The notes under the pieces were generated by a model that saw only the letters and a list, made by a program, of their open reading frames with translations, ran no database searches and was not told where the DNA came from. This document shows positions 13,652-25,919 of a stretch of 64,000 nt of DNA, piece by piece. Made by a program: the position numbers and the translations under genes. Positions within the stretch are counted from its first letter, which is position 1; each line of letters opens with the position of its first letter. Source of the stretch: Veleropilina oligotropha (taxonomy: Eukaryota); the NCBI GenBank assembly GCA_048128005.1, contig JBEUKZ010000038.1, positions 310,001 to 374,000 on the forward strand, read 5' to 3'.

Positions 13652-14651
13652 AGCTTAGGCGTCGCTCCATGCAAACCAACGGCCCTTTTCAGGGCCACCA
13701 ACATCCTCCGAAAGAATACCTTTGTTAACATCCCATACGTTCAAAACCGCCCGCATTTACTGACTTAAAAATTTACTTTGTAAGTAGTAAAATTCCATAT
13801 TTTTGGTAGTAAAATTGAACAATAAATAGTTAATTTCACTATTTAAATAGTTTATATTAGGATACTACTTAAATTAGTGAATAATATTCACATATATGCT
13901 CTGTCCGTTCACGCATAAACGAAGTACTCTTACATTGCAGCATTGAATTCAAAATGAGATCCAATGCTCAATAATGAATATGCGTTTGATATGCAAAATG
14001 TCACTTGCGTTGTGTGTGTGTGGGGGGGGGGGGGGGGGGGTGTTAATTGACAGGATGTTCGAATCGCGCCCGATTTCTTCAGTTTTCATTTATTCATTAG
14101 CGTCGACGCCTGTATTTTCATAATCTTAATATTACAATGGAAAATATATTAAAAAGTGGTCTCAAAATATATTATGTTACCAAATCATTTATTTGTCATC
14201 GCATTTATACATACATCTGAAAATATTACACGTTCTGGAAGGATGTCTCAAGAAAATCTTTTGAGCCCGTTAGTCAAGACACCCCGAGAAGACGTGCAAT
14301 AAAATGTATGTAAAACCAAAACATAAATAAATTAAACAACAGTGGGTTTTATAAAGTGTGATAGATTGCTAGTTTCCTAAATTTGCATATTTACAATTAG
14401 TCTTGCATATCAGCATAATGTAGAAGAAATGTTGCTTTTAATGTGTTGTTGTATGGTATTTAAATTTCCTGTTTCTGTTGACAGTTTTTCTAGAATTATA
14501 ATCGAAGATAATCGTTTGTTTGTTGTACAATGTGGTACATGAAATTTATCTTTAGTATGGATACGTTGTGGCACAACTAGGGTATTCTATCGGAAGATTT
14601 TGGTGGCCCTGAAAAGGGCCGTTGGTTACTTGGTCCGTAAAACCGAATCTG

Positions 14652-15029
14652 TTACTTGGCAGCCTTGGAGCTCTTCTTGGGTAGAAGCACCGCTTGGATG
14701 TTGGGTAGCACACCACCCTGGGCGATGGTTACTCCGGACAGCAGTCTGTTCAGCTCCTCGTCGTTGCGGATGGCCAGCTGGAGGTGACGGGGAATGATTC
14801 TCGTCTTCTTGTTGTCTCGGGCGGCGTTACCTGCCAACTCGAGGACTTCAGCGGCAAGATATTCCATCACAGCAGCCAGGTAGACTGGAGCCCCAGCGCC
14901 GACACGCTCGGCATAATGTCCTTTTCGGAGATGGCGGTGGATACGACCGACTGGAAATTGAAGTCCGGCACGGGATGAGCGAGTCTTGCTCTTTGACTTG
15001 GATTTTCCTCCTTTGCCTCGTCCTGACAT
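14652..15029 (-). CDS. H2A: Histone H2A
   Basis: Identical H2A. Confidence 0.99.
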   Translation of the reverse strand: MSGRGKGGKSKSKSKTRSSRAGLQFPVGRIHRHLRKGHYAERVGAGAPVYLAAVMEYLAAEVLELAGNAARDNKKTRIIPRHLQLAIRNDEELNRLLSGVTIAQGGVLPNIQAVLLPKKSSKAAK

Positions 15030-15288
15030 ATTTTCTTCTTATCCGTCCGTTTCGCAATTGAAATGAAGACAGTAATAGAAATAGCACGGCCACGCCGGTC
15101 TATAATCGCTCGAAATGGATTGAAATTTCACGTATCAAATTTGGCGGCAACCAATAAGATTCTGAGCTGATCAATTAGCGCTAGGCGACCAATAGAAATG
15201 AAATCCAGTTTCAATCCACGCCACGTGATTTCAACCCTATCAAATAGCCACGAACGCTTATTTTTCATCACATCTACCTGATACAAGC

Positions 15289-15657
15289 ATGCCACCAAAA
15301 GTTAGTTCTAAGGGAGCGAAGAAGGCAGGAAAGGCGAAAGCCGCACGGGGCGGAGACAAGAAGAGGAGACGCAAGAGGAAGGAAAGCTACAGCATTTACA
15401 TCTACAAAGTCATGAAGCAGGTCCATCCCGACACTGGCATCTCGTCGAAGGCCATGGTCATCATGAACAGCTTCGTAAACGACATCTTCGAGCGCATCGC
15501 CGGAGAAGCATCCCGCCTCGCACAGTACAACAAGAGGTCGACCATCACCAGCCGAGAGATCCAAACCGCCGTCCGCTTGCTCCTGCCCGGTGAACTGGCA
15601 AAGCACGCTGTCAGTGAGGGAACGAAAGCGGTCACCAAATACACCAGCAGCAAGTAA
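15289..15657 (+). CDS. H2B: Histone H2B
   Basis: Identical H2B. Confidence 0.99.
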   Translation: MPPKVSSKGAKKAGKAKAARGGDKKRRRKRKESYSIYIYKVMKQVHPDTGISSKAMVIMNSFVNDIFERIAGEASRLAQYNKRSTITSREIQTAVRLLLPGELAKHAVSEGTKAVTKYTSSK

Positions 15658-16870
15658 ATATTCGGATATATCTTGCCTGACAACCAACGGCCCTTTTCAG
15701 GGCCACCTAAATCTTCCGAGAGAATACCACTGTTATGCCATAGCGTTTGCTTGCTTAGCTAAGGAAATTGTAATAAGTTAATTGGTAGTTTACATAGAAA
15801 CATACAAACATTCACCCATTTCATAACGCAAAGTAAGTTGCTCAATAAAAACACCAAACCTTTATTCGTTTTCGCACGACCCTCCAATGTTTGTTGTCAT
15901 CTGCCGATAAACATTATTCTAATATTCACCAAGCTGGCATAATAGTGTTAATGTGGCTGTTGTCCGCTTCGGAGTCTTGTTCTACTCACCAGACCGAACG
16001 AACACGACTAACGGCCTTCGCTAGGCTTTATAGGACACGCTTGCGTTTCCAGATCCCCAACAATGTTATTCTTATCCGAAAGTCTTTATTTTATCCTTGG
16101 CTAAACGGAAAATTCACGCCACGGACTGCTTCGAACGATGGTTTTCAACTGTCAAACAGCAGCATCAAAAAATACGAACACGGCTGATCGCACCCACGAA
16201 GTATGAAAAACTATAGGGCTGCTATTGATTGCGTATGTTCATAATACGAAAGTTATAACGTTAAATTACTTTGTATGGAAGTTATTGTTGCTAAAGATCA
16301 TCTTTACGAGCGATAGTCATTATTAATAGGCTCATTCGTGTGGTACTTTCCCTTGAGTACGGAGTTGGTTGCGCATTAGCAAAAAAACGTATTCACAACT
16401 GTATGAAAATAAATTGTATTGTGAAATCAAGCAAAAATTGCCGAATACGATAAATGGCCTAGTAGAAATCGTGCTTAACAGTTTTTACGTAATCAACGAA
16501 GCCTACCACTCGAATGGGGGCTATTGTTTCTCTTGGCGAAATTAGGAGAACAATGATTGGCCGATCGTTTCGTCGAAATCGTATTCTGACCAATCGGGTT
16601 AGCGGCGAGGGGTTTTCCTTAGCGTCCGCCACAACGGTATATAACATAATGGGATTTTGTTTTTTTTTGGGTCCATCGACATCACCACATCATCCATCGC
16701 CATCATTCAAACCACGAAGATCAAACCGACAACACCTCCGGAATATATCGCGTTTCGAGACCGATTGCGTTTTACGTTACTCGCTCGCTGGCAACTAGAT
16801 TGCCCATAACGTCGTATGTTAATCCGAAGGAAAAGCGAAGATACATTGAAAAGTAAAGATAACAACAAAC

Positions 16871-18436
16871 ATGGGAGAGTTAAGTATATTTCTCCAATCG
16901 CTAGTTATAATTACAGGTGTTATGCACAACCTAGCTAAAATCTCATATAATAAGATAGGGAACGAAATAAAAGCACTGATAGGCACCACTCGCGATATAC
17001 GCACAACGCGCAACGGCAGCATAATTGTTAAGTGCAGCACGAATGCACAATTCAGAGCGACCCAAGCTCTCAAAACATTTAACGGGGTCCCGGTGACCAC
17101 TAGAACAGTTTCAGACAACACGAACATTTCAAAAGGCGTAATTAAACAAATAGGATTGCATATGTCGGATAACGAAATTCTTTATCAACTTCAAAAAGAA
17201 AACAAATTCATATCTGACGTAAGACGATTAGGGCTAAAGAATAAAACCCCGAGCCGAGCAGTCACTGTAAGTTTCCGCACTAACAATCTTCCGAAACTCG
17301 TTAATTTTTTCGGCATTCCGCACGCCGTAGAAGGATACGTGCCCCCTCCCGTACGATGCTATAAGTGTCAACGATTTGGACACACATCGAAAGTGTGTAA
17401 AAGCACGATCGATGTGTGCTCAAAGTGCGGTGGGGGACACAGATACGAAAACTGCGACAAAACATACTCGAAATGTGCGAACTGCGCCGGTAATCACAGC
17501 GCCGGCTTCACCGGATGTCCCGCATATCGGGCAAAACAATCAACAAACAAACAAAGTATACCGAAAACTGAAACCGCAAAGAAATCTAACAACAAACACG
17601 AAACAATCGAACACACGACACCGCGCAAATCGTATGCCAACGCAGTTAGAACAAAGGTTCACACATGCCAGACTGAACATCAAACCGCCGCGACTAATCC
17701 GATCACACCTCATTCAGACGACCCAACTGTAATTACTGAACCCCAACTCATACAAACAATAAAACCGGAAGAGTTCCGGTTCATAATACATTCGCTATTT
17801 GAAATAGTCCATAAGATGCTCGAAAATGAAAAGGTAACAAATGAATTAAGCAGTGAACCAGAACGAAAAGAGAGACGATTCACACTTTTAAACGAAGCAA
17901 TAATTGAAACATTTGATGAACTGACCGAAAATACGCCGCCAACAAATATAGAACAAAAAACTCCAACACCGCCAAAACCACAACGGGAAAAAAGAATCGG
18001 GCGTAGATCGCAAACCGATTCCCCCCAAAAAACTGCAAAAGAAAAAAGTAATATTGAAAATCCGTCCCCAAAAACCGACCCAAAACGCGACGCAGTCAAA
18101 AATGTCGAAACACCAGAAATGGTACTAACCGAGACGGAAACCGAACCGAATCTCGACACTTCAGAAATCAATAAGGTAGAAAGAAATGTAATATCCGAGA
18201 CTACGACAACAGTGATAAAAAACACCACAGTAAACGTCGAACCAACAAATAACAGCGAAACTCCGTCTCAAACCCCAAAACAAACCAACAAAGTCAAAAC
18301 AGATTACGAAACACCAAAAAAACCAACTCCCCTAGCCAAACGAACCCGCCTGCAATCCAAAAATGGATTTAAAAATTGCAAAAGCACACCAGTAACAACT
18401 AAAAGTAAAGACAGCAAACCAAATTTCCGATCATAA
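16871..18436 (+). CDS. LINE ORF1, gag-like nucleic-acid-binding protein with three CCHC zinc knuckles
   Basis: CYKCQRFGHTSKVC, CSKCGGGHRYENC, CANCAGNHSAGFTGC; SYANAV motif; low-complexity T/K/P-rich C-terminus. Confidence 0.95.
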   Translation: MGELSIFLQSLVIITGVMHNLAKISYNKIGNEIKALIGTTRDIRTTRNGSIIVKCSTNAQFRATQALKTFNGVPVTTRTVSDNTNISKGVIKQIGLHMSDNEILYQLQKENKFISDVRRLGLKNKTPSRAVTVSFRTNNLPKLVNFFGIPHAVEGYVPPPVRCYKCQRFGHTSKVCKSTIDVCSKCGGGHRYENCDKTYSKCANCAGNHSAGFTGCPAYRAKQSTNKQSIPKTETAKKSNNKHETIEHTTPRKSYANAVRTKVHTCQTEHQTAATNPITPHSDDPTVITEPQLIQTIKPEEFRFIIHSLFEIVHKMLENEKVTNELSSEPERKERRFTLLNEAIIETFDELTENTPPTNIEQKTPTPPKPQREKRIGRRSQTDSPQKTAKEKSNIENPSPKTDPKRDAVKNVETPEMVLTETETEPNLDTSEINKVERNVISETTTTVIKNTTVNVEPTNNSETPSQTPKQTNKVKTDYETPKKPTPLAKRTRLQSKNGFKNCKSTPVTTKSKDSKPNFRS

Positions 18437-21400
18437 TGGGTTTAAAAATTATACAATGGAACGTCAGAGGAGTCAGGGCTAACAAAGCCGAATTAGAATT
18501 ATTAATCAACAGTTCAAAACCCGATGTAATATGTCTACAGGAAACACTACTAACCAAATCCGCCAAATTCAGCCTACACGGATACACCACACTGCGTAAA
18601 GACTTTCCAAAGGGAAATAACACGCCATCACGCGGATTAGCTATTTGCGTAAAAAATAATTTACAGTATCGCGAATTCAATTTAAACTTAGCTACACTCA
18701 ATGGTAACAGTATACAAATATACTATGAAAACAAAACCCTCAGAATCATTAACCTATATCGGAATCAAGAACATAGCGCCCAACAACTAAAAGACGACTT
18801 AGATATTTTAACCGCTAATCATAACGATAAAACCATTATAGTAGGAGACTTAAACTCACACAATCCCTTGTGGGGGAGCGACCGAACCACCCCACACGGC
18901 ACAAATATAATAGATTTTGCAGCGGATAATAGTTTCGTAATTTTAAACGACCCCCATTGCGGTACTAGATATAATCCGATTAATCAAACTCACTCAATGA
19001 TCGATTTATCCATCGCGTCCGACACAATTGCTCACAAATGTCACTGGTACGTCCATAACAACCTCATGGGAAGTGACCATTACCCGATTCTCACGGAAAT
19101 AGACATAGCGCCTGATATAGAAAACGATGAGCATGAACCTAAATGGAACTTTAGGAAAGCTGATTGGAAAAGTTTCCATGACGAATGTCTCAACATAAAC
19201 AAAGACGAAATTTTCGATAACGATATAGAAACATTTAATGAAAATCTTGTTAACAGCATCATATTAATAGCGGATAAACATATTCCAAAAACGGACATAA
19301 GAAAGGACGACAAAATCCCAGTTCCGTGGTGGAACGATAAATGCAAACAAGCACTCAAAAACCGTAAAAAACTGCTCACTAGAAGTAGACGAACTCATAG
19401 CCCGGCAGACATAGAAGCTTACAAATCAGCCAAATCATCAGCTAGAAAAGTAATTAAAGAAGCAAAAAGAGATAACTGGCAAGAATATTGCACAACATTA
19501 AATGATAGATCAGATAGCAGAAAAGTTTGGAGCAAAATTCATAAAATTAATGGGAAGAAAACAAGTCACCGAATCCCAACACTAGGCCAAACCATACTAG
19601 CAAAAAGTAATAAACAGAAAGCAGAAATGCTAGCCAAAAGTTACGCGCAAGTGAGCAGCACCCGTAACTACAACCGTCAATTTTTAGACCAAAAAGACGA
19701 GCGCGAAACCGCCTTCCGCAACGAACCGAAAGCATTAAACGACCCGACAAATCCCCTAAATTACCCATTTTCAATGACAGAGCTAACAGAAGCATTCGCC
19801 CATAAAAAGGGAACGTCAACTGGGCAGGATAAAGTTAGCTACGAAATGTTCAAACACATGCCCGTAAATACGTTAGAACTAATTCTACTTCTTTTTAACG
19901 CCACTTGGGAAAAGGGAGAACTCCCGAAACCATGGAAACGGGCCGAAATCATTCCCATATTGAAACCAAACAAAGACCCAAATGATCCAAAATCATATAG
20001 GCCGATATCATTAACATCTAACCTATGCAAAACACTAGAAATCATGATTAACAAAAGAATAGTGTATCATCTAGAGAAAAACAATTTAATTAACCCGAAC
20101 CAAAGCGGTTTTAGGAAAAATAGACAGACAACAGATCAATTGGTAAGATTGGAAAATGACATTAGAAAAGGATTCATCCAAAATAGAAAAACACTAGCAG
20201 TCTTCATTGATTTCGAAAAAGCATACGACATGATTTGGCATGAAGGGCTCAAGGAAAAAATTAAAAACTTAGGTATTACAGGCAGGATGCTAAATTGGAT
20301 AGGTAATTTTTTGGAAGATAGGAAAATAAATGTAAGAGTCGAAAACTCAAGATCGGAAGATTACGATCTAGAAAACGGTACGCCACAAGGTAGTGTAATC
20401 AGTCCAACTCTTTTCAACATAATGATTAATGACTTAGATAAAACTCTGATAGAAAACAAAACGACAAAATCATCATTGTTTGCAGACGATAGCGCGATAT
20501 GGAACTCGAATAAAAATGTTAAAAAACTAGAAGACAAAATGAACGAAAACCTTAAACTAATTCATAAATGGTCAAACGAATGGGGATTTAAAATATCCGA
20601 ATCAAAAACGGTAGGAGTACTCTTTTCTAAAGGTAGACAGTACATTAAACCTACATTAATACTGAATAACAAGCAATTGAAAATTGAAGACCGAGCTACA
20701 TTCCTAGGAATGACATTCGATCGTAAATTAACTTGGCATGCCCACATTAACCAACTCATCAATAATTGCAATAAAATGCTCAACCTCATGAGATGCGTCT
20801 CTGGTAACGACTGGGGAGCAGATAGACAAACTTTATCACTTCTATATAAAGCCTTAATTATGTCGAGAATAGACTACGGCTGTCAGGCATACGGTTCAGC
20901 TAAACCACATCTTTTAAAGAAAATAGAGAAAATTCAAAACCAAGCCTTAAGAATAATTACAGGAGCATTCAAATCAACTCCAATAGCCAGTCTTGAAGTA
21001 GAAGCAAATATCAAACCCCTGGAACTACGTAGGAAAGAAATGACGCTTAACTACTGGGCCAAAACTAAATCTCAAGTAGAAACCAATCCCGCGGCTAAAT
21101 TAGACACTAACTGCAATGCATTCCAAAAAATAGAATACAATAAACGGTACGTAGATCGACCACCGTACGGATTGATAACACGAAGATACAATCAAGAACT
21201 AAAACTCGATAAATTAAGTATTGCTCAAAACAGACCTGCAGATAAACCGCCTTGGCAACATAACCCTGTTAAATCATCAATACAACTTAGTCACATGATA
21301 AAGAAGGACGAGCCAGCTCTAAATATAAAAGCCACGACTCAAGCTTTCATAGATGAAAAATGGAATGGATATTTAAAAGTTTTCACGGACGGGTCAAAGG

Positions 21401-22245
21401 ACCCAGAAACGTCACAAACATCCGCAGCAGTGGTAATCCCAGAGTTAAAAGTAAATAAATCATTCAAACTATCAAACAACTTATCTGTGTATAGCACAGA
21501 ACTGATTGCTATTGAAAAAGCATTGGAAATAATCCACATAATTGAACCAACAAAAGTTGTAATCCTGTCAGACTCTCTAAGTGGACTCCAGTCTCTACAA
21601 CCCTCAAAAAGTTCAACAAGACCAGATATAATCAATAAAATCAAATCATTAAATGATTCCCTTTATGATAAAGGAATAGATATAAATCTTGAATGGATCC
21701 CAGCTCACGTAGGCATTTTAGGCAATGAAATGGCAGACACAGCAGCAAAAAAAGGAATGACAAACCCAGATTACACTCTAAATAATATCCCGCTTAGCCA
21801 CAACGAAGTCAAAAGCATAGTCAGAACTCACATTAACAATGAGTGGCAAGATCGTTGGAATCACCATGATAAAGGCAGACATCTTTTTCAACTTAAAAAT
21901 AAAATAGGCAAACCAATTAAGATGCAAACTAGTAAACTTGAAAGCAAAACAATAACGCGCCTCCGACTCGGGCATTCAGGTCTACTAGCTCATAGATACA
22001 GAATTAAATCTTGTGAATCGCCAAAATGTCCCCATTGCGACTTTCCAGAAACAGTCGATCATTACCTGTTAGAATGTCCCGCACATATAAATGAAAGACA
22101 AAAGCTTAAAGATACGTTAAAAACAGCTAATATACTTGAAATTGACAAAAAAACACTTCTAGCACCACCAGAACCAGTAGCTACCTACACATATAGGGCA
22201 TTAGCTAAATATATCAAAGACACCGGTTACATAAACAAAATATAG
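18436..22245 (+). CDS. LINE ORF2: AP-like endonuclease, reverse transcriptase, RNase H, C-terminal CCHC
   Basis: APE: QWNVRG, CLQET, GDLNSH, SDHYPI. RT: YRPISL, QSGFR, PQGSVISP, FADD. RNase H: FTDGSK, ELIAI, LSDS, WIPAHVGILGNEMAD. Zn finger: CPHC...HYLLEC. Confidence 0.98.
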   Translation: MGLKIIQWNVRGVRANKAELELLINSSKPDVICLQETLLTKSAKFSLHGYTTLRKDFPKGNNTPSRGLAICVKNNLQYREFNLNLATLNGNSIQIYYENKTLRIINLYRNQEHSAQQLKDDLDILTANHNDKTIIVGDLNSHNPLWGSDRTTPHGTNIIDFAADNSFVILNDPHCGTRYNPINQTHSMIDLSIASDTIAHKCHWYVHNNLMGSDHYPILTEIDIAPDIENDEHEPKWNFRKADWKSFHDECLNINKDEIFDNDIETFNENLVNSIILIADKHIPKTDIRKDDKIPVPWWNDKCKQALKNRKKLLTRSRRTHSPADIEAYKSAKSSARKVIKEAKRDNWQEYCTTLNDRSDSRKVWSKIHKINGKKTSHRIPTLGQTILAKSNKQKAEMLAKSYAQVSSTRNYNRQFLDQKDERETAFRNEPKALNDPTNPLNYPFSMTELTEAFAHKKGTSTGQDKVSYEMFKHMPVNTLELILLLFNATWEKGELPKPWKRAEIIPILKPNKDPNDPKSYRPISLTSNLCKTLEIMINKRIVYHLEKNNLINPNQSGFRKNRQTTDQLVRLENDIRKGFIQNRKTLAVFIDFEKAYDMIWHEGLKEKIKNLGITGRMLNWIGNFLEDRKINVRVENSRSEDYDLENGTPQGSVISPTLFNIMINDLDKTLIENKTTKSSLFADDSAIWNSNKNVKKLEDKMNENLKLIHKWSNEWGFKISESKTVGVLFSKGRQYIKPTLILNNKQLKIEDRATFLGMTFDRKLTWHAHINQLINNCNKMLNLMRCVSGNDWGADRQTLSLLYKALIMSRIDYGCQAYGSAKPHLLKKIEKIQNQALRIITGAFKSTPIASLEVEANIKPLELRRKEMTLNYWAKTKSQVETNPAAKLDTNCNAFQKIEYNKRYVDRPPYGLITRRYNQELKLDKLSIAQNRPADKPPWQHNPVKSSIQLSHMIKKDEPALNIKATTQAFIDEKWNGYLKVFTDGSKDPETSQTSAAVVIPELKVNKSFKLSNNLSVYSTELIAIEKALEIIHIIEPTKVVILSDSLSGLQSLQPSKSSTRPDIINKIKSLNDSLYDKGIDINLEWIPAHVGILGNEMADTAAKKGMTNPDYTLNNIPLSHNEVKSIVRTHINNEWQDRWNHHDKGRHLFQLKNKIGKPIKMQTSKLESKTITRLRLGHSGLLAHRYRIKSCESPKCPHCDFPETVDHYLLECPAHINERQKLKDTLKTANILEIDKKTLLAPPEPVATYTYRALAKYIKDTGYINKI

Positions 22246-22282
22246 ATAAGTGCGCCACCACTAGGCAATAAACTGGCAAAAC

Positions 22283-22838
22283 CAGGATCTTAATAATATA
22301 AGGAGAGGAATAGAGGGAGGTCAGTAAGCAAAACTACCTCAAACCAACACCAACCAAAAAAATATCTAACTAGTTAGACAACGAGTTGGTATGATTCTAG
22401 ACAAACAACCGCGCGCGGTTTGTCTAAAGGCGGCAACTCGTCACCGCCAGTGATAATGAGTTGGTATGATTCTAGTGTTTCCTGCACTAAAGGCGGCAAC
22501 TCATTTCCTGGCGGAATAGCAATTTGTTTTGTATGATTACGTTTGTCTAAAGGCGGCAACTCGTCACCGCCAGTGATAATGAGTTGGTATGATTCTAGTG
22601 TTTCCTGCACTAAGGGCGGCAACTCATTTCCTGGCGGAATAGAAATTTGTTTTGTATGATTACATAATCATTTATAATTTATATTGAAACATTCGCGTAA
22701 AAACAAACTATATCTCTACAACATCTACATACCTTACCAGCTTTTTTTTCGCCATTCCGAGGCTCCACAGGATCTTAATAATATAAGGAGAGGAATATAG
22801 GGAGGTCAGTCAGCAAAACTACCTCAAACCAACACCAA
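22283..22838 (+). repeat. LINE 3' UTR internal repeats: 71-bp direct repeat (22283-22353, 22768-22838) enclosing a 123-bp tandem duplication (22418-22663); same at 2633-3188
   Basis: caggatcttaataatataaggagagg...caacaccaa twice; gtttgtctaaaggcggcaactc...gtatgattac twice. Confidence 0.9.
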
Positions 22839-23239
22839 AAAAATACAAAAAAAAATAAAATCCAAAAATATTTCATATTTATATGTTTTTCACTTTTTCA
22901 CCTCTTGCACTGCACTATACATAACTCATACCCAACACACGAAACCAGGCATACTCATGGAGGATGGAGTATGCCTTGTTGCAACTTTCTTTTATCTTCT
23001 CAAATATCAAATAAAATAACGAAACAGCAAATAAAATACATCCACTGCATAACACTACACATCACTCACTCATCCTCCAACTTAATTAACTTAATTAACT
23101 TATTTTTCAACATTTCGGAATTTTAATTCAGGCTATTACATTTTAATTTATTCTCTCGATTAAAGCCTTTTTTCAACTACATAGCATATTGATTAACTAC
23201 ATGTTGAAATGTTATGTAGACGCAATATATTGATATATT

Positions 23240-23274
<35 letters not shown>

Positions 23275-23433
23275 TATAACCTTTATTTTTATTTTATTTT
23301 TTTATTACTAGTAATATAACCGTTATAACTTACAAGTTACGGCAGTACGATCGATGATGATTAATGTTAATGTCTGTCAACTTATCACTAAATAAATGCA
23401 GTAACTACTAAATTTATTTTCTATTATTTACAG

Positions 23434-23725
23434 TTTTTTTTTTTGGTGGCCCTGAATCGGTGCGTTGGTGAAAGGGGCCGTTGGATGCTGGACGGACGGT
23501 GTGTCTGGCCGCCGGGTCCGTGCGGGTTTCGGCCTTGTCTCTTCGGTGCGTGGACGGCGTCCGTGGCGGTGGCGGTCTTCCTCTTGGCGTGCTCGGTGTG
23601 GGTGGCGGCGTTGCGGATGACATTTTCTGGGAGCGTCGCGGATGACATTTTCTGGGAGCGTCGCGGGTCTCTTCGTGGGTGGGTCTGGAGATGCGCTCCG
23701 CCACGTCGGGCCAGACGGCGGATGG
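23434..23725 (-). pseudogene. Antisense, hypermutated H4 mRNA fragment in LINE 3' UTR (copy 3)
   Basis: Reverse complement aligns to H4 23981-24243 with T-to-C changes, small deletions, a 25-bp tandem duplication and a 16-nt insertion in the stem-loop. Confidence 0.95.
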
Positions 23726-23835
23726 GACATATACGACATCCATGGCGGAAAACAAATACAAAGAAGAACGACAACTAGAAAGACAAGAGGTCGAAATCAC
23801 GGAAAACGTGGAAGACCTCGTTAAAATCGAATTAA

Positions 23836-24192
<357 letters not shown>

Positions 24193-25475
24193 ACTCACCG
24201 CTTTTCTAACGAAGTTCCAACGGCCCTTTTCAGGGCCACCAAATTCTTCCGAGAGAATACCCTAATTGTGCCAATTCGTATATCTTGTAGCATAAATTAC
24301 ATGTGCATCAATTAGGCTTTGCACACGCAAACGCGCATTACGCTTTTAACAGTAAATTGCATACAGACTCGTCAAATGATACGGAAATGCACTCGATTAC
24401 ACTAATTGTGCAGGGAACAATTGTTAGCTCAGCTATTGTTTTTTGTTTTAAATTCATTGAATTTAGTCATTTAAACAATACACTCGATTTTTGGTTTCCA
24501 AGTGATCAAATAAATAGCAATTAATCTACCCGAAACACACCACGAGTTATTTCCCTTGCACCGTTGGGCCAACTGAACAAAGAACAAATTATGAAATCTA
24601 ACGACGATCTTGATACTCCGGCGCACAACGCATTGCACGCGACAACACGATATAGCTATAGCGACTTCGAATTGGGTGCACAATGTAAAAAAAATGATAC
24701 TCACCATAAAAAACCTCAAATAGAAAAACAGTGGCGCGCTTTCTCACTCTCTCGAAATCTTCATCAACAGAAAAGAACGATGAATAAATATGGCAATAGA
24801 GCATTTATCAACAATGCCCCAACACTCTGGAACAAACTCACATCTAAAGTAAAGGAAAGTACAACTCTGGCAGGTTTTCGGAAGACATTGATTACACACC
24901 TATTTGCTGATGTATATGCCAACCTGATCACGTCTCACTAACAATTCGAATTAGCTGACATCGTAGTAGTGGATGACAGTAATGACTGGTTCACATTCGG
25001 TTATTGTTATTGCTTGCATCATATGTATCATTTAAAATTGGTTGAAGTTCATGCTAGTGGCTGCTTCACCTCTTTGTCTGATTGTGCTTGGGAAAACAAA
25101 ATAATTTTATTGGGAATTATTGTATTCATGGTATCATTGATGTTTCCCCTACAGGTATATTCTCATGTACTGTAATATTAAATAATAAATAACAATAATA
25201 ATTCAGGCAACGAATATTTGTAAAAAAAAATTAATATCAAGTTAAAAATCAATGTTGGGACTACTTCTAGCACGTTAAACGCTTGCATCGTTGATACTTT
25301 CCTTATTTATTTACACCGGTTAAAATATTTTCTGCACCGCGCCACTAAATTGCCGGAAATGGATAGAAAACTGAAACCATTTCGTCCAATGAAACTGATC
25401 GTCCAATGAGAGGCCTGGCTGTAATTGGCGCGAGATACGATTAAATAGGGACAGTTAGGAGTAAAGATGCATTGA

Positions 25476-25919
<444 letters not shown>

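Noticed and set aside
22283..22838. 71-bp direct repeats as LTRs or CRISPR-like repeats
   Set aside because: Only two copies, internal to a non-LTR 3' UTR. No PBS/PPT or TG..CA ends, no spacer array, and the context is eukaryotic.
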